The notes beneath the pieces are model-generated. The model was given only the letters and a program-made list of their open reading frames with translations, did not search any database and was not told the origin of the DNA. 64,000 nucleotides of DNA from positions 1,069-65,068 of the forward strand of contig CANGDZ010000008.1 in assembly GCA_947452785.1 (NCBI GenBank), written 5' to 3'. The DNA comes from Comamonadaceae bacterium. GTDB lineage: Bacteria; Pseudomonadota; Gammaproteobacteria; Burkholderiales; Burkholderiaceae_C. Positions 48,903 through 58,628 of this stretch are shown in pieces (position 1 is the stretch's first letter; each line of letters begins with the position of its first letter). Made by a program: the position numbers and the translations under genes.

Positions 48903-49742
48903 TCATTCAGCTTTGGCCAAGCCACGCAAACCTGCGCGCTCAGACATGCGGCTCAGCTGACCCGAGGCGGTGACTTGATCGGCAAAGGCCGCCAAGAAAG
49001 CCTGCCCGGCTTCGCGGCCCTTGGGCACGGCGATGGCCAAGTTCTCCAGCCCCCAGCGGTCGTCAGACACTCTAAATTCAGGCAACTTTTCGCGCATCTC
49101 AAACAAAATGCCTTTGTTGGTGGCAAAGGCGTCGAGCTGGCTGGTGCGCAGCATGTGTTGCGCCACCTCCAGCGAAGCCACTGGCACCACCTGCGCTTGT
49201 TTGAACTGCTGCGTCAACACGCCTTGCGACGAGCTGCCTTGGCTCACACCCACGCGCATCCCAACGCGGTCCAATTGCGCAAATTTGGCGACTGTGGAGT
49301 TGGGCGGCAACAGCAAGCCCAGCTCCAGTTGCACCAGCGTGCGGCTGAAATCCACATCACGCGCACGGACGGGCGAGGCATTGGTGAAGGTCATGTCCAC
49401 CTGGCCGCGTTGAATGGCGGTGATGATTTCAGCCACCCGCGCAAACTCCACCACCTGCACCGGTACACCGAGCTGCTGGCCCATCAGCTGGCCCAGTGAC
49501 AAGGCCACGCCGGCGCGCTCACCGGTTTGCGGAAGGATTACCAGCGAGGTGGGGCTGCCCGGGTACACACCCACGCGCAAGGTGCCGGTGGGTGCCAGGG
49601 CGACGCGCGACGCATTTGAAACCGGAATCTGGATCTGTGCCGCAGGAGGTACCTGAGCTACTGGCGCCAACGGCGCACAGGCCGACAGCCACAGTGCCCA
49701 GGCCAGCAGCGCAACGCGTATCGCCGGTGTCGCCGGTGTCAT
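48903..49742 (-). CDS. family-3 periplasmic solute-binding lipoprotein (orphan)
   Basis: 279 aa. Lipobox LSAC at the N-terminus and a PBP type II / SBP_bac_3-like body (LRVGVYPGSP..., VDMTFTNASP...). No permease or ATPase gene adjacent. Confidence 0.65.
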   Translation of the reverse strand: MTPATPAIRVALLAWALWLSACAPLAPVAQVPPAAQIQIPVSNASRVALAPTGTLRVGVYPGSPTSLVILPQTGERAGVALSLGQLMGQQLGVPVQVVEFARVAEIITAIQRGQVDMTFTNASPVRARDVDFSRTLVQLELGLLLPPNSTVAKFAQLDRVGMRVGVSQGSSSQGVLTQQFKQAQVVPVASLEVAQHMLRTSQLDAFATNKGILFEMREKLPEFRVSDDRWGLENLAIAVPKGREAGQAFLAAFADQVTASGQLSRMSERAGLRGLAKAE

Positions 49743-49752
49743 TTGGCCGCGA

Positions 49753-50436
49753 TCAGTCGATGTACTTCAGACCCGCAGCCGCCAAGGGCTCGCGCATCTT
49801 GTACATGTCCAGACCCAACACACCCGAAGCCAACTTGGCGCGTTTTTCGCCTTCATTGGCTTCACGTGCTTGCGCTGTGGCCAAGGTGAGTGCCACCATG
49901 GCTTTGGGCACACAGACCACGCCGTCGTCATCGGCCACGATGGCGTCGCCAGGTTGAATCAGCATGCCCGCGCACACCACCGGAATGTTCACTGAACCCA
50001 CCGTGGCCTTGATCGTGCCTTTGCTGCTGATGGCTTTGCTCCATACCGGAAAGCCCATGCGCGTTAGCTCTTTCACATCGCGCACACCGGCGTCAATGAT
50101 CAGCGCGCGTGCACCGCGTGCCTGGAAGGAAGTAGCCAACAGATCACCAAAGTAGCCGTCAGTGCAGTCGGCGGTGATAGCCGCGATCACGATGTCGCCG
50201 GGTTGAATCTGTTCCGCCGCCACGTGCATCATCCAGTTGTCGCCGGGGTGCAGCAGCACCGTCACGGCCGTGCCCGAGACTTGCGCACCCGCATAGATCG
50301 GGCGCATATAAGGTTTCATCAAACCCAAGCGGCCCATGGCTTCGTGCACCGTGGCTGAGCCCAATGCGGCCAAGCTGTCGGTGGCTGCGCGGTCTGCGCG
50401 GGTGATGTTGCGGTACACAACGCCGAGTTCGTACAT
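49753..50436 (-). CDS. ligK: 4-carboxy-4-hydroxy-2-oxoadipate aldolase / oxaloacetate decarboxylase (RraA fold)
   Basis: [11 protein letters not shown]...[10 protein letters not shown]... RraA-like class II aldolase. ATG 50436 has AGGAG upstream and gives 227 aa. Confidence 0.85.
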   Translation of the reverse strand: MYELGVVYRNITRADRAATDSLAALGSATVHEAMGRLGLMKPYMRPIYAGAQVSGTAVTVLLHPGDNWMMHVAAEQIQPGDIVIAAITADCTDGYFGDLLATSFQARGARALIIDAGVRDVKELTRMGFPVWSKAISSKGTIKATVGSVNIPVVCAGMLIQPGDAIVADDDGVVCVPKAMVALTLATAQAREANEGEKRAKLASGVLGLDMYKMREPLAAAGLKYID

Positions 50437-50471
50437 GGTGATCTCCTGGGTCTCTTGGGGTGGGTGGGGTT

Positions 50472-51512
50472 TCAACGGCCTTTGGCCGTCAATTGCGCAT
50501 CCAGGCGCGAGAACACGCGACGCGCATTGCCTTCGTAAATCTGAAAGCGGTCTTCATTGCTCAAAATATTGCTCGACTCGATGTAGCGCTTGGTGTCGTC
50601 GTAGTAGTTACCGGTTTGCGGGTCGATGCCGCGCACCGCGCCAATCATCTCGGAGGCGAACAACACGTTCTTTACCGGAATCACCGTGTTCAGCAAGTCG
50701 ATACCGGGTTGGTGGTACACGCAGGTGTCAAAGAAAATGTTGTTAAGCAAATGCTCTTCAAGCAATGGCTTTTTCAGCTCCTGCGCCAAGCCGCGGAAAC
50801 GGCCCCAGTGGTAAGGCACAGCGCCGCCGCCGTGCGGGATCAAGAACTTGAGCGTCGGAAAATCTTTGAACAAATCGCTGGTCAGGCACTGCATGAAAGC
50901 GGTGGTGTCGGCGTTCAGGTAATGCGCGCCGGTGGTGTGGAAGCAGGCGTTGCAGCTGGTGCTGACGTGGATCATGGCGGGGATGTCGTACTCCACCATT
51001 TTTTCGTAAATGGGGTACCAGGCTTTGTCGGACAGGGGCGGCGAAGTCCAGTGACCGCCCGAAGGATCGGGGTTCAGGTTGATGCCCACGTTGCCGAACT
51101 GCTCCACGCACTTGACCAGCTCGGGGATGCAGGTGGCCGGGTCGACACCGGGCGACTGGGGCAACATGGCCGCAGGCACAAAGTTGTCGGGAAATAATTG
51201 CGCCACGCGAAAGCACAGCTCATTGCAAATGGCCGCCCACGTGGCCGAAACATTGAAGTTGCCAATGTGGTGCGCCATGAAGCTGGCACGCGGGCTAAAG
51301 ATGGTGATGTCCGAGCCGCGCTCTTTCATCAAACGCAGTTGGTTGTTTTCAATCGTTTCACGCAACTCGTCGTCGCTGATTTTCAGGTCTGAGACTTTGG
51401 GCATCAATGCCGGATCTGCAATGCCCGCAATTTGCTGGTTGCGCCAGTTTTCCAGGGATTTGGGGGCCGTGGTGTAGTGGCCGTGGCAATCGATGATCAA
51501 AGGGTTTTTCAT
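50472..51512 (-). CDS. ligJ: 4-oxalomesaconate hydratase
   Basis: [18 protein letters not shown] amidohydrolase-2 start, about 346 aa, LigJ/PmdE-like. The track adds 20 residues upstream. Confidence 0.85.
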   Translation of the reverse strand: MKNPLIIDCHGHYTTAPKSLENWRNQQIAGIADPALMPKVSDLKISDDELRETIENNQLRLMKERGSDITIFSPRASFMAHHIGNFNVSATWAAICNELCFRVAQLFPDNFVPAAMLPQSPGVDPATCIPELVKCVEQFGNVGINLNPDPSGGHWTSPPLSDKAWYPIYEKMVEYDIPAMIHVSTSCNACFHTTGAHYLNADTTAFMQCLTSDLFKDFPTLKFLIPHGGGAVPYHWGRFRGLAQELKKPLLEEHLLNNIFFDTCVYHQPGIDLLNTVIPVKNVLFASEMIGAVRGIDPQTGNYYDDTKRYIESSNILSNEDRFQIYEGNARRVFSRLDAQLTAKGR

Positions 51513-51582
51513 GGCGCATCTCATAGAGAAAAGGACTGTGTGGATTGTGGCGCCCCACCCCCTAGAACCCAAGCGTCAGCCC

Positions 51583-51599
51583 GATCTAGCAGATAGATC
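51583..51599. promoter_or_regulatory. candidate LysR (LigR) operator in the ligJ/ligR divergent region
   Basis: Perfect inverted repeat GATCTA-GCAGA-TAGATC containing a T-N11-A core, 41 nt upstream of the ligR ATG. Confidence 0.35.
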
Positions 51600-51639
51600 A
51601 AAACCGCATAACCAATCCAAAGGTATGTAAAATTTGACC

Positions 51640-52554
51640 ATGGACCTCAAACAGCTTGAATATTTTGTGCGCGTGGCCGAAATGGGCAGTTTTACCCGCG
51701 CCGCCGTGGCACTCAACGTGGCCCAACCGGCCCTGAGCCGCCAAGTGCGCTTGCTCGAAGTCGAGTTGCGGCAAAACCTCTTGGTGCGCAACGGGCGCGG
51801 CGCCACGCCCACCGAAGCCGGACAGGTGCTGCTGGAGCATGGCCGGGGCATCTTGCACCAGGTTGAGCGCGCCCGCGAAGAACTCGGCCGCGTGCGCACC
51901 GGCCTCACTGGCCGCGTGGCCCTGGGCATGCCGCCCAGCGTGGCTCGGGTGCTCACAGTACCCTTGATGCGCGCCTTCAGGCTGGCCCTGCCCGAAGCGC
52001 GCCTGTCCATCAGCGAAGGCCTGACCACCGCCATGCAAGAAGGCTTGCTGCATGGCCGCTTAGACATTGCCATGCTGTACAACGCCAACGCCAGCAACGG
52101 CCTGGAGCTGACGCCACTGGTACGCGAAGAACTGCTGCTGGTGCAAGCCCGCCCCCCCGGCTTGCAAGAAGACCCTCCGCCCCCGCCCATCGCCTTGAAA
52201 GACCTGGCCGCCCTGCCTTTGGTGATTCCGAGCCGGCCCAATGCGATCCGCATGCACGTGGAGTCGGAGTTGGCGCGCGTGGGCTGCCAACCGCAGATTG
52301 CGTTTGAGATCGACGGCGTGCCCGCGATTTTGGAGCTGGTGGCCGATGGCGCAGGCGCCGCGATTTTGTCGCGCAACGCGGTCGCGCGCTCCATCAACCC
52401 CTCGGCCTTCAGCGTGCGCCGCATCAACGCGCCGGCGCTAACCATCGCGCTGAGCACCGCCATCAGCTCGCTGCGGCCAAGCACGCTGACGCAGCAAGCC
52501 ACCTTGAATTTGATTCGCGAAACCGCACAACAACTGCTGACCTCAGCGGAATAA
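51640..52554 (+). CDS. ligR: LysR-family regulator divergent from ligJ (LigR/PmdR-like)
   Basis: MDLKQLEYFVRVAEMGSFTRAAVALNVAQPALSRQVRLLE. Position divergent from the lig operon. The track TTG is 2 codons upstream. Confidence 0.75.
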   Translation: MDLKQLEYFVRVAEMGSFTRAAVALNVAQPALSRQVRLLEVELRQNLLVRNGRGATPTEAGQVLLEHGRGILHQVERAREELGRVRTGLTGRVALGMPPSVARVLTVPLMRAFRLALPEARLSISEGLTTAMQEGLLHGRLDIAMLYNANASNGLELTPLVREELLLVQARPPGLQEDPPPPPIALKDLAALPLVIPSRPNAIRMHVESELARVGCQPQIAFEIDGVPAILELVADGAGAAILSRNAVARSINPSAFSVRRINAPALTIALSTAISSLRPSTLTQQATLNLIRETAQQLLTSAE

Positions 52555-52558
52555 CACC

Positions 52559-53561
52559 ATGCACCCTCACGTCTGCCCAACAAGCGCTTCTGTCGCCAAG
52601 CTCAGTCTATGGACTTTGCTGACGGTTGCACTGATCACACCACTGGCACAAGCACAAACCCCTTACCCCAGCAAACCCATCCACTTGGTCGTGCCCTTCA
52701 CGCTAGGGGGGTAGCAGCGATATTTTGGCGCGCTCCATCGCGCAGGAATTGACCAAAGCCTGGGGTCAAAGCGTGATCATTTACAACGTGCCCGGGGCAG
52801 GCGGCAGCATCGGCGCCGACAAAGTGGCCAAAGCGCCCGCCGACGGCTACACCTTGCCAATGGGCCACATTGGCACATTGGCAGTCAACCCCAGCCTCTA
52901 CCCCAAACTGCCCTACAACCCAGTGAAAGACTTTGCTCCTGTGGCCTGGGTTGCGCGTGTGCCCAATGTGTTGGTGGTCAACCCTGCGGTGCCGGCTAAA
53001 ACCGTGAAAGAACTGGTGGCCTATGCGCAGTCCAAGCCTGGCCAACTAAGCTACGGTTCGGGCGGCAATGGCAGCGCCACCAATCTGGCCACCGAGTATT
53101 TCAAAATGCAAGCGGGCATCGCCGTCGTGCACATCCCGTACCGGGGCACAGCCCCTGCCGTGACCGATTTGATCGGCGGCCAAATCCAGATGCTGTTCGC
53201 CGGGGCACCCGCGTTGATTGGGCACATCAAAAGCGGACAACTGCGCGCCCTGGCCGTCTTCAGCCCCAAGCGCCTAGAAGCCATGCCCGACCTGCCCACG
53301 GTGGCCTAAGCCGGTTACAAAAACTTTGAAGCGGACCAGTGGTATGGCGTGGTCGCCCCCGCGGGCACACCCAGAGATATCGTGCAAAAACTCAATGTGC
53401 AAATCAACGCAGCCTTGAATTCAGTCGAATTGAAAAAACGTTTGACCACCGAAGGCGCTGTCGCCATGCCCGAAACGCCCGAAGTCTTTACTCAACTGAT
53501 CGTGAGTGAAATCGACCGCTGGCAGCCGGTGATCAGCTCAGGCAGGGTGAAGGCGGATTGA
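52559..53561 (+). pseudogene. Bug/TctC-family substrate-binding protein pseudogene (copy 4): frameshift plus nonsense
   Basis: ATG 52559 gives a signal peptide plus PSKPIHLVVPFTLGG, then TAG at 52712. The family sequence continues in the +1 frame (SSDILARSIAQELTKAWGQ...NVPGAGGSIG) after a G6 run at 52706-52711. A second lesion is the in-frame TAA at 53307-53309, at the position where paralogues have Glu (LPTVA*AGY). Confidence 0.75.
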
Positions 53562-53650
53562 GATTCGGCAGACCCACGCACCGAACCAGTCCATCACAAG
53601 GTTGGTGATGCGCCATGCAACAACGTGAAGTCGGCTTTAACAGGTCAGTT

Positions 53651-54607
53651 TCACTGCACCTCAATGCCGGCCATGGGCACATAAACGCGCCACTTTTCGC
53701 GCTCCTGCCGCTCACCAGCCAGCAATTCGGCTAGGCTGATTTTTTGCGGCGCAAAGGCAAACCCCTCCAGTCGTGACTTGATGGGGTCCGTGGTTACCGC
53801 TTCGTTGACCCAATCGTTCAAGCGCTGCTGAATCTCAAGGGGTGTGGCCGCAGGCACTGCAATACCCAAGAATCCTCCTTGAATATTGAAGTTGGGATAG
53901 GTCTCCGAGATCATCGGGATCTGGGGGTATTTTTTCAATCTCGCGCTACTGTGAACCACCAATGCGCGCAACACCTTGGAGGCCACGAAGGAGTCCCCTT
54001 GCACCGTGTCGGTGAAGATCACTTGAATCTGACCGCCCAGCAACTCCGACATCGCTTGATTGACTTGCTTGTAGGGGATGGGGGTCAGGTTGATGCCGGC
54101 TGTTTGGGCAAACAAGGCGCCAGTAACTTGTGACGTAGCGTTGAAATGACCGTAATTGATTTTTCCGGGGTTGGCCTTGGCAGCGGCAACAAAATCCTGC
54201 AACGTGGCCCAGGGAGCGTCCGGTCGCACCAGCATGTAGGTCGAGCCCGGACCAAACGAGCCGACCAAACGGAAATCTTTCTCCGGGTCATAGGGCAATT
54301 TCTTGAACAGGCTCGGATTGGCCAAATGGGTAGACGTGGTGGCCAGCAGCATCACGGAACCATCCGCAGGGGCTTTTCGCACCGACTCCACCCCAATTAC
54401 CCCATTGGCGCCAGCCCGGTTCTCCACGACCACCGCTTGCCCCGTTTTACGGGTAATGAAATCAGCAAGCATGCGCGCTGAAATGTCCCCTGAGCCACCC
54501 GGACCAAAAGGCACAATGATCTGAATTTGCTTGGTTTGGGACCAAGCAGAGGGCAGCGCAGCCAAAGGCAAAGCCCCGATCCATTCTGCAAACTGGCGTC
54601 TTTTCAT
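53651..54607 (-). CDS. Bug/TctC-family substrate-binding protein (copy 5)
   Basis: 318 aa. QIQIIVPFGPGGSGDISARMLAD...ENRAGANGVIG. Confidence 0.85.
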   Translation of the reverse strand: MKRRQFAEWIGALPLAALPSAWSQTKQIQIIVPFGPGGSGDISARMLADFITRKTGQAVVVENRAGANGVIGVESVRKAPADGSVMLLATTSTHLANPSLFKKLPYDPEKDFRLVGSFGPGSTYMLVRPDAPWATLQDFVAAAKANPGKINYGHFNATSQVTGALFAQTAGINLTPIPYKQVNQAMSELLGGQIQVIFTDTVQGDSFVASKVLRALVVHSSARLKKYPQIPMISETYPNFNIQGGFLGIAVPAATPLEIQQRLNDWVNEAVTTDPIKSRLEGFAFAPQKISLAELLAGERQEREKWRVYVPMAGIEVQ

Positions 54608-55779
54608 GGTTTTTCTCCGTCAAGTGGTGTGTTGAAACCCTGGCAAATTTCTTGAGTGTGCTCACCGACATGCGGCGCTCGGTGAACAACGGGGGGGCGG
54701 CGGCCATCGAAGGACACCGGTAAACCCACGACTTTCATATCCAGATCTGGAATGTTCTGAAAAATTCCAATCTCATGGGTTTGCGGTTGGGCCATGACCT
54801 GCTCAAAGTTATGAATCGGGGCACAAGGAATACCCAAGCCCTCAAGCAAATCGTTCCAATAATCCGTGGTTTGCGAACGGAAAATAAGTTCCATCTCGGG
54901 TATCAAACTGGCCTTGTTTTTCACGCGCAGTGCGTTGCTGGCATACAAGGGATCGCGAGCCCAATCGTCCCTGCCCAGGGCGATCACCAGTTTGGTAAAC
55001 AATCGGTCATTGGCAGCCGCCACAACCACTTCACCGTCCAGGGTCGGGAGTGCCTGAAACACGACCACATTGGGATTGCCACTGCGGTGACGAGCGGGTT
55101 GTTTTTGTGTGGCTTGGTAGCCGGCCATCATCACCTGCAACCAGCCCATCGCCGTTTCGAACAACGAGGTGTCAACGACACAACCTTTTCCCGTTTGCTG
55201 GCGTTGATACAAGGCGGCAATACATCCCAGAGCAGCCCAGATGCCCGTACCCAAATCCAGCACCTGCATCCCAACGCGTGAAGTAGGACCATTTTCATCG
55301 CCATTGACACTGAACAACCCGGCAAACGCCTGGATCATGGGCTCATAACCAGGATCGAGTTTTTTGGGCCCTTTATGACCGAAGGCCGTCAAGGAGCAAT
55401 AAACCAGTCGTGGATTGGGGGGGCACACATCACCAGAACCCAGGCCCAATTCGTCCAGCAAACCTGGACGCATATTCTGGATAAAGACATCGGCCTCAGA
55501 AAGGTAGCCGTGCAGCCAGCGGATGTGTTCAGGATTTTTGACATCCAGGGCAATGCTCTTTTTCCCATGGTTCATGGCCTGGAATGTCGTGGCAGTCCCC
55601 TTCCAAAAGGGTGGACCCCAACCCCGGGCATCGTCACCCGTTTCTGGCCGCTCAATTTTGACCACCTGCGCCCCCAAGGATGCCAGAATTTCACTCGCAT
55701 AGGGGCCGGCAATGTTCTGCCCCATTTCGACAACCCGAATACCGCTCAAAGGCAATTTAGATGTTGTGGGCATGCTCAT
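54604..55779 (-). CDS. family III (CaiB/BaiF) CoA-transferase
   Basis: LSGIRVVEMGQNIAGPYASEILASLGAQVVKIERPETGDDARGW. ATGA-type 4-nt overlap with the downstream Bug gene. Confidence 0.85.
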   Translation of the reverse strand: MSMPTTSKLPLSGIRVVEMGQNIAGPYASEILASLGAQVVKIERPETGDDARGWGPPFWKGTATTFQAMNHGKKSIALDVKNPEHIRWLHGYLSEADVFIQNMRPGLLDELGLGSGDVCPPNPRLVYCSLTAFGHKGPKKLDPGYEPMIQAFAGLFSVNGDENGPTSRVGMQVLDLGTGIWAALGCIAALYQRQQTGKGCVVDTSLFETAMGWLQVMMAGYQATQKQPARHRSGNPNVVVFQALPTLDGEVVVAAANDRLFTKLVIALGRDDWARDPLYASNALRVKNKASLIPEMELIFRSQTTDYWNDLLEGLGIPCAPIHNFEQVMAQPQTHEIGIFQNIPDLDMKVVGLPVSFDGRRPPVVHRAPHVGEHTQEICQGFNTPLDGEKP

Positions 55780-56558
55780 TGACCTGTGAAGTGAGGTTGA
55801 CGCTTTTCGAGAAAGTGCTGGACGCCCTCTTTGAAATCAAGCGTATCTCTGCACAAAGCAATTTCCCTGTCCGCCATGTGGGTGGCTTGCCCAAAGGTCT
55901 GATAACGCGCTTGCAGCAGTTGCCGCTTAATGATGCGCATCGATCTGGGCGAGCAAGAGGACGCCAGGTCCTTTGCGTATTTCATGACGGCATCCAAGAA
56001 TCCTTCAGCAGGCAGCAACAGCGCCATGCCCATCTGACTGGCCTCTTGACCGTCCACCGTGCGTCCGCTCAACAACAAATCGGTGGCATGCAAGGGCCCT
56101 ATCAACCGAGGCAACAACCAGGCCAATCCGTGCTCTGCCACAAGACCTCTTCGAGTGTAGGGCGTCGCCACTTTCGCGCCGCTGGCGATGTAGCGCACAT
56201 CACAATAAAGCGCAAGGCACAGGCCTACGCCAACGGCTGCGCCGTTGATGGCGGCAATCAAGGGTTTGTCAAAACCAAACAGGTAACCATAACGTTGCAA
56301 CAAATCCTCTTGTGAGTCCGTTGCAAAGGCCTTACGTTGGGCCGACCCCAATACCGTCATATCCATGCCGGCACAAAATCCTTTTCCAGCACCGGTTAGC
56401 ACGAGGCAGCGAACATCGACATCCTGCTGTGCATGTTCAAGGACCGCTTTGAGTTCCAACTCCAGGTTCGGTGTCCAAGCATTGAGTCTCTCGGGTCGGT
56501 TGAAGGTGATGAGGCCCACACCCTCTTGCACCGTGTAAATCAGTTCTGTCCATTTCAC
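55776..56558 (-). CDS. enoyl-CoA hydratase/isomerase (crotonase) family protein
   Basis: GLITFNRPERLNAW, GAGKGFCAGMD and AAINGAAVGVGL. GTG start in the track. 4-nt overlap with the CoA-transferase gene. Confidence 0.85.
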   Translation of the reverse strand: MKWTELIYTVQEGVGLITFNRPERLNAWTPNLELELKAVLEHAQQDVDVRCLVLTGAGKGFCAGMDMTVLGSAQRKAFATDSQEDLLQRYGYLFGFDKPLIAAINGAAVGVGLCLALYCDVRYIASGAKVATPYTRRGLVAEHGLAWLLPRLIGPLHATDLLLSGRTVDGQEASQMGMALLLPAEGFLDAVMKYAKDLASSCSPRSMRIIKRQLLQARYQTFGQATHMADREIALCRDTLDFKEGVQHFLEKRQPHFTGQ

Positions 56559-56624
56559 ATGTGGCCTTTGCGCAAAGTTGACTCTGAATTCAGTATCCCC
56601 GTGAGGTGCACAAATGACAATAGA

Positions 56625-56647
56625 ATGATTTCGGTATTCGAAATCAT
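56625..56647. promoter_or_regulatory. perfect 9-bp inverted repeat over the IclR start codon (operator or RNA hairpin)
   Basis: ATGATTTCG-GTATT-CGAAATCAT. The right arm includes the AT of ATG 56646, and the left arm begins with the alternative in-frame ATG 56625. Confidence 0.4.
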
Positions 56648-57482
56648 GACATCAAACGCCAAATCCACTTCCGCCTCTAGTCGACAGCAAACGCATCAGA
56701 CGGGCGTATTTGTGCGGACCACGCCTGGCAGTCAATCTCTGGAAAGAGGGCTGAGCATCTTGCGAACCTTCAGGCAAGGTGTGGGCCTGCTGACGAATGC
56801 AGACATTGCTGAGCGCACAGGCCTGGTACGCCCTACGGTCAGCAGGCTTTGTCGGTCTTTGGTGGAGTCGGGTTTCCTGGAGTACGACATTCAGCGCCGA
56901 GGTTACCGATTGAGCATTGCCAGCCTGAGCCTGGCCTTGTCTTTCCGCTCATCCGAGCCGGAGCTGGAAAGCGCACTCGCTTTGATGCGTGAACTCGCGC
57001 AAGGCCGGCAAGTCAATGTAGGAATCGCCACGGCAGACCACGATGAAATGGTCTACCTGGAGTCAGTTCGTTTCAGCCGCAAAGGCATCTTTCGCCGAAT
57101 TGTCGCGGGCAGCCGAATTCCCATCCCAGTCACCTCGTTGGGATGCGCCTATCTGGCAGGACTGGATCCTGTACAACGACAACTCTGGATGGAAAGATGG
57201 AGCCTTGAGCAAGCTAAGGATTGGCCGCAACTCGACAAGCGCATTCAAAAGGCCTTGCGTCAATATCGCGTCCAGGGCTATTGCTATGCCCAGTGGCAAG
57301 CCGGCATGGGAGCCGCGGCGGCGCCCATTCATTCGCCCAGCGGAAGAACCTACGCCATCAACATCAGTTTCCCCGTGGGTTCGGGCGACTCAGAAAACGT
57401 CCTGCTCCATCTCTACGCACCACTGTTGCTCGAACTGGTGGCACAGATTCAACACCATTGGTCGTTGCCTAAAGCCCCTTGA
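56646..57482 (+). CDS. IclR-family transcriptional regulator
   Basis: SLERGLSILRTFRQGVGLLTNADIAERTGLVRPTVSRLCRSLVESGFL (wHTH) plus a C-terminal effector domain. Start at 56646 or 56625. The track begins inside the divergent gene. Confidence 0.85.
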   Translation: MTSNAKSTSASSRQQTHQTGVFVRTTPGSQSLERGLSILRTFRQGVGLLTNADIAERTGLVRPTVSRLCRSLVESGFLEYDIQRRGYRLSIASLSLALSFRSSEPELESALALMRELAQGRQVNVGIATADHDEMVYLESVRFSRKGIFRRIVAGSRIPIPVTSLGCAYLAGLDPVQRQLWMERWSLEQAKDWPQLDKRIQKALRQYRVQGYCYAQWQAGMGAAAAPIHSPSGRTYAINISFPVGSGDSENVLLHLYAPLLLELVAQIQHHWSLPKAP

Positions 57483-57511
57483 GCGCAGCCCGACAGAATT
57501 CATGCGGATGC

Positions 57512-57745
57512 TCACCCTGTGGGCTTGAAGACCCGCTCGGTCGAAGCTGGGTTGTTCAACAATTTGGCCTCCGGTCTGCGCGGCCTGACCACCAATTCGC
57601 CGCCGCAATTAGGACACACGCCGCCCAATGTATGTTGTGCACAATCCGCGCAAAAAGTGCACTCGAATGAACAGATGCGCGCTTGCGTGCTGCCTGGCGG
57701 CAGGTCGCGGTTGCAGCATTCGCAGTTGGGCCTTAGTTGCAACAT
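57512..57745 (-). CDS. DUF1272 zinc-ribbon protein
   Basis: MLQLRPNCECCNRDLPPGSTQARICSFECTFCADCA...CPNCGGELV, a Cys-rich pattern typical of DUF1272. Confidence 0.65.
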   Translation of the reverse strand: MLQLRPNCECCNRDLPPGSTQARICSFECTFCADCAQHTLGGVCPNCGGELVVRPRRPEAKLLNNPASTERVFKPTG

Positions 57746-57911
57746 GGTGGGATAAAAAAGAGGAAGCCGACACAATTGAATTCTAAACAATTCTATTTTC
57801 AGAAGAAATTCATTCTCTTCGTTGATCCACTACGGGCTAGCAAGTGAAACAAGCCCTATAAAATCACGGCATCTCACCCCAGCGCCCTGTGCGCTGCAAC
57901 AAAGGAAATAC

Positions 57912-58622
57912 ATGGGCGCGCAATGGAAAGCTAAGGGCAAAGAATTGGCGGCGAATGCCAGAGGACAGATGTTTGGCAAGTTGGCCAAAGAGATCATGGT
58001 CGCGGCGCGCGCGGGTGCCGACCCGTCGCTCAACTCCAAGCTGCGCTTGGTGTTAGAGCAGGCGCGCAAGGTGTCCATGCCCAAAGAAACGCTGGAGCGC
58101 GCCATCAAGAAAGGCGCAGGCCTGACCGGTGAAGTTGTGAATTTTGAGCATGTGATGTACGAGGGCCACGCCCCTCATCAGGTGCCGGTGATGGTCGAAT
58201 GCCTGACCGACAACGTCAAACGCACGGCACCCGAAATGCGGGTGCTGTTTCGTAAAGGGCAAATGGGCACTTCAGGCTCCGTGGCTTGGGACTTCAACCA
58301 CCTGGGCATGATCGAAGCCGAGCCTGCAGCACCAGGCGCAGACCCCGAGTTGGCCGCCATCGAAGCGGGTGCGCAAGACTTTGAGGCCGGCGAAGACGGC
58401 GCCTCGATGTTTTACACCGACCCAGCCGACTTGGACTTGGTAAGCCGTGCCCTGCCGGCGCAGGGCTTTACCGTGTTGTCCGCCAAGCTGGGCTACAAGG
58501 CCAAGAACCCTGTTGATCCGGCCAATTTGACGCCTGCGCAACTGGAAGAAGTGGAAGCCTTTTTGGCCGCCATGCACGCCCATGACGATGTGCAAAACAT
58601 GTTTGTCGGCCTTGCTGACTGA
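57912..58622 (+). CDS. yebC: YebC/PmpR-family DNA-binding regulator
   Basis: [11 protein letters not shown]...[24 protein letters not shown] 57912 has AAAGGAA upstream. Confidence 0.9.
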   Translation: MGAQWKAKGKELAANARGQMFGKLAKEIMVAARAGADPSLNSKLRLVLEQARKVSMPKETLERAIKKGAGLTGEVVNFEHVMYEGHAPHQVPVMVECLTDNVKRTAPEMRVLFRKGQMGTSGSVAWDFNHLGMIEAEPAAPGADPELAAIEAGAQDFEAGEDGASMFYTDPADLDLVSRALPAQGFTVLSAKLGYKAKNPVDPANLTPAQLEEVEAFLAAMHAHDDVQNMFVGLAD

Positions 58623-58628
58623 TCCGCC

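Noticed and set aside
51576-52583. 335-aa minus-strand ORF
   Set aside because: It is antisense to the LysR regulator (ligR), whose HTH and effector domains are clear. Ser/Arg/Ala-rich shadow ORF.
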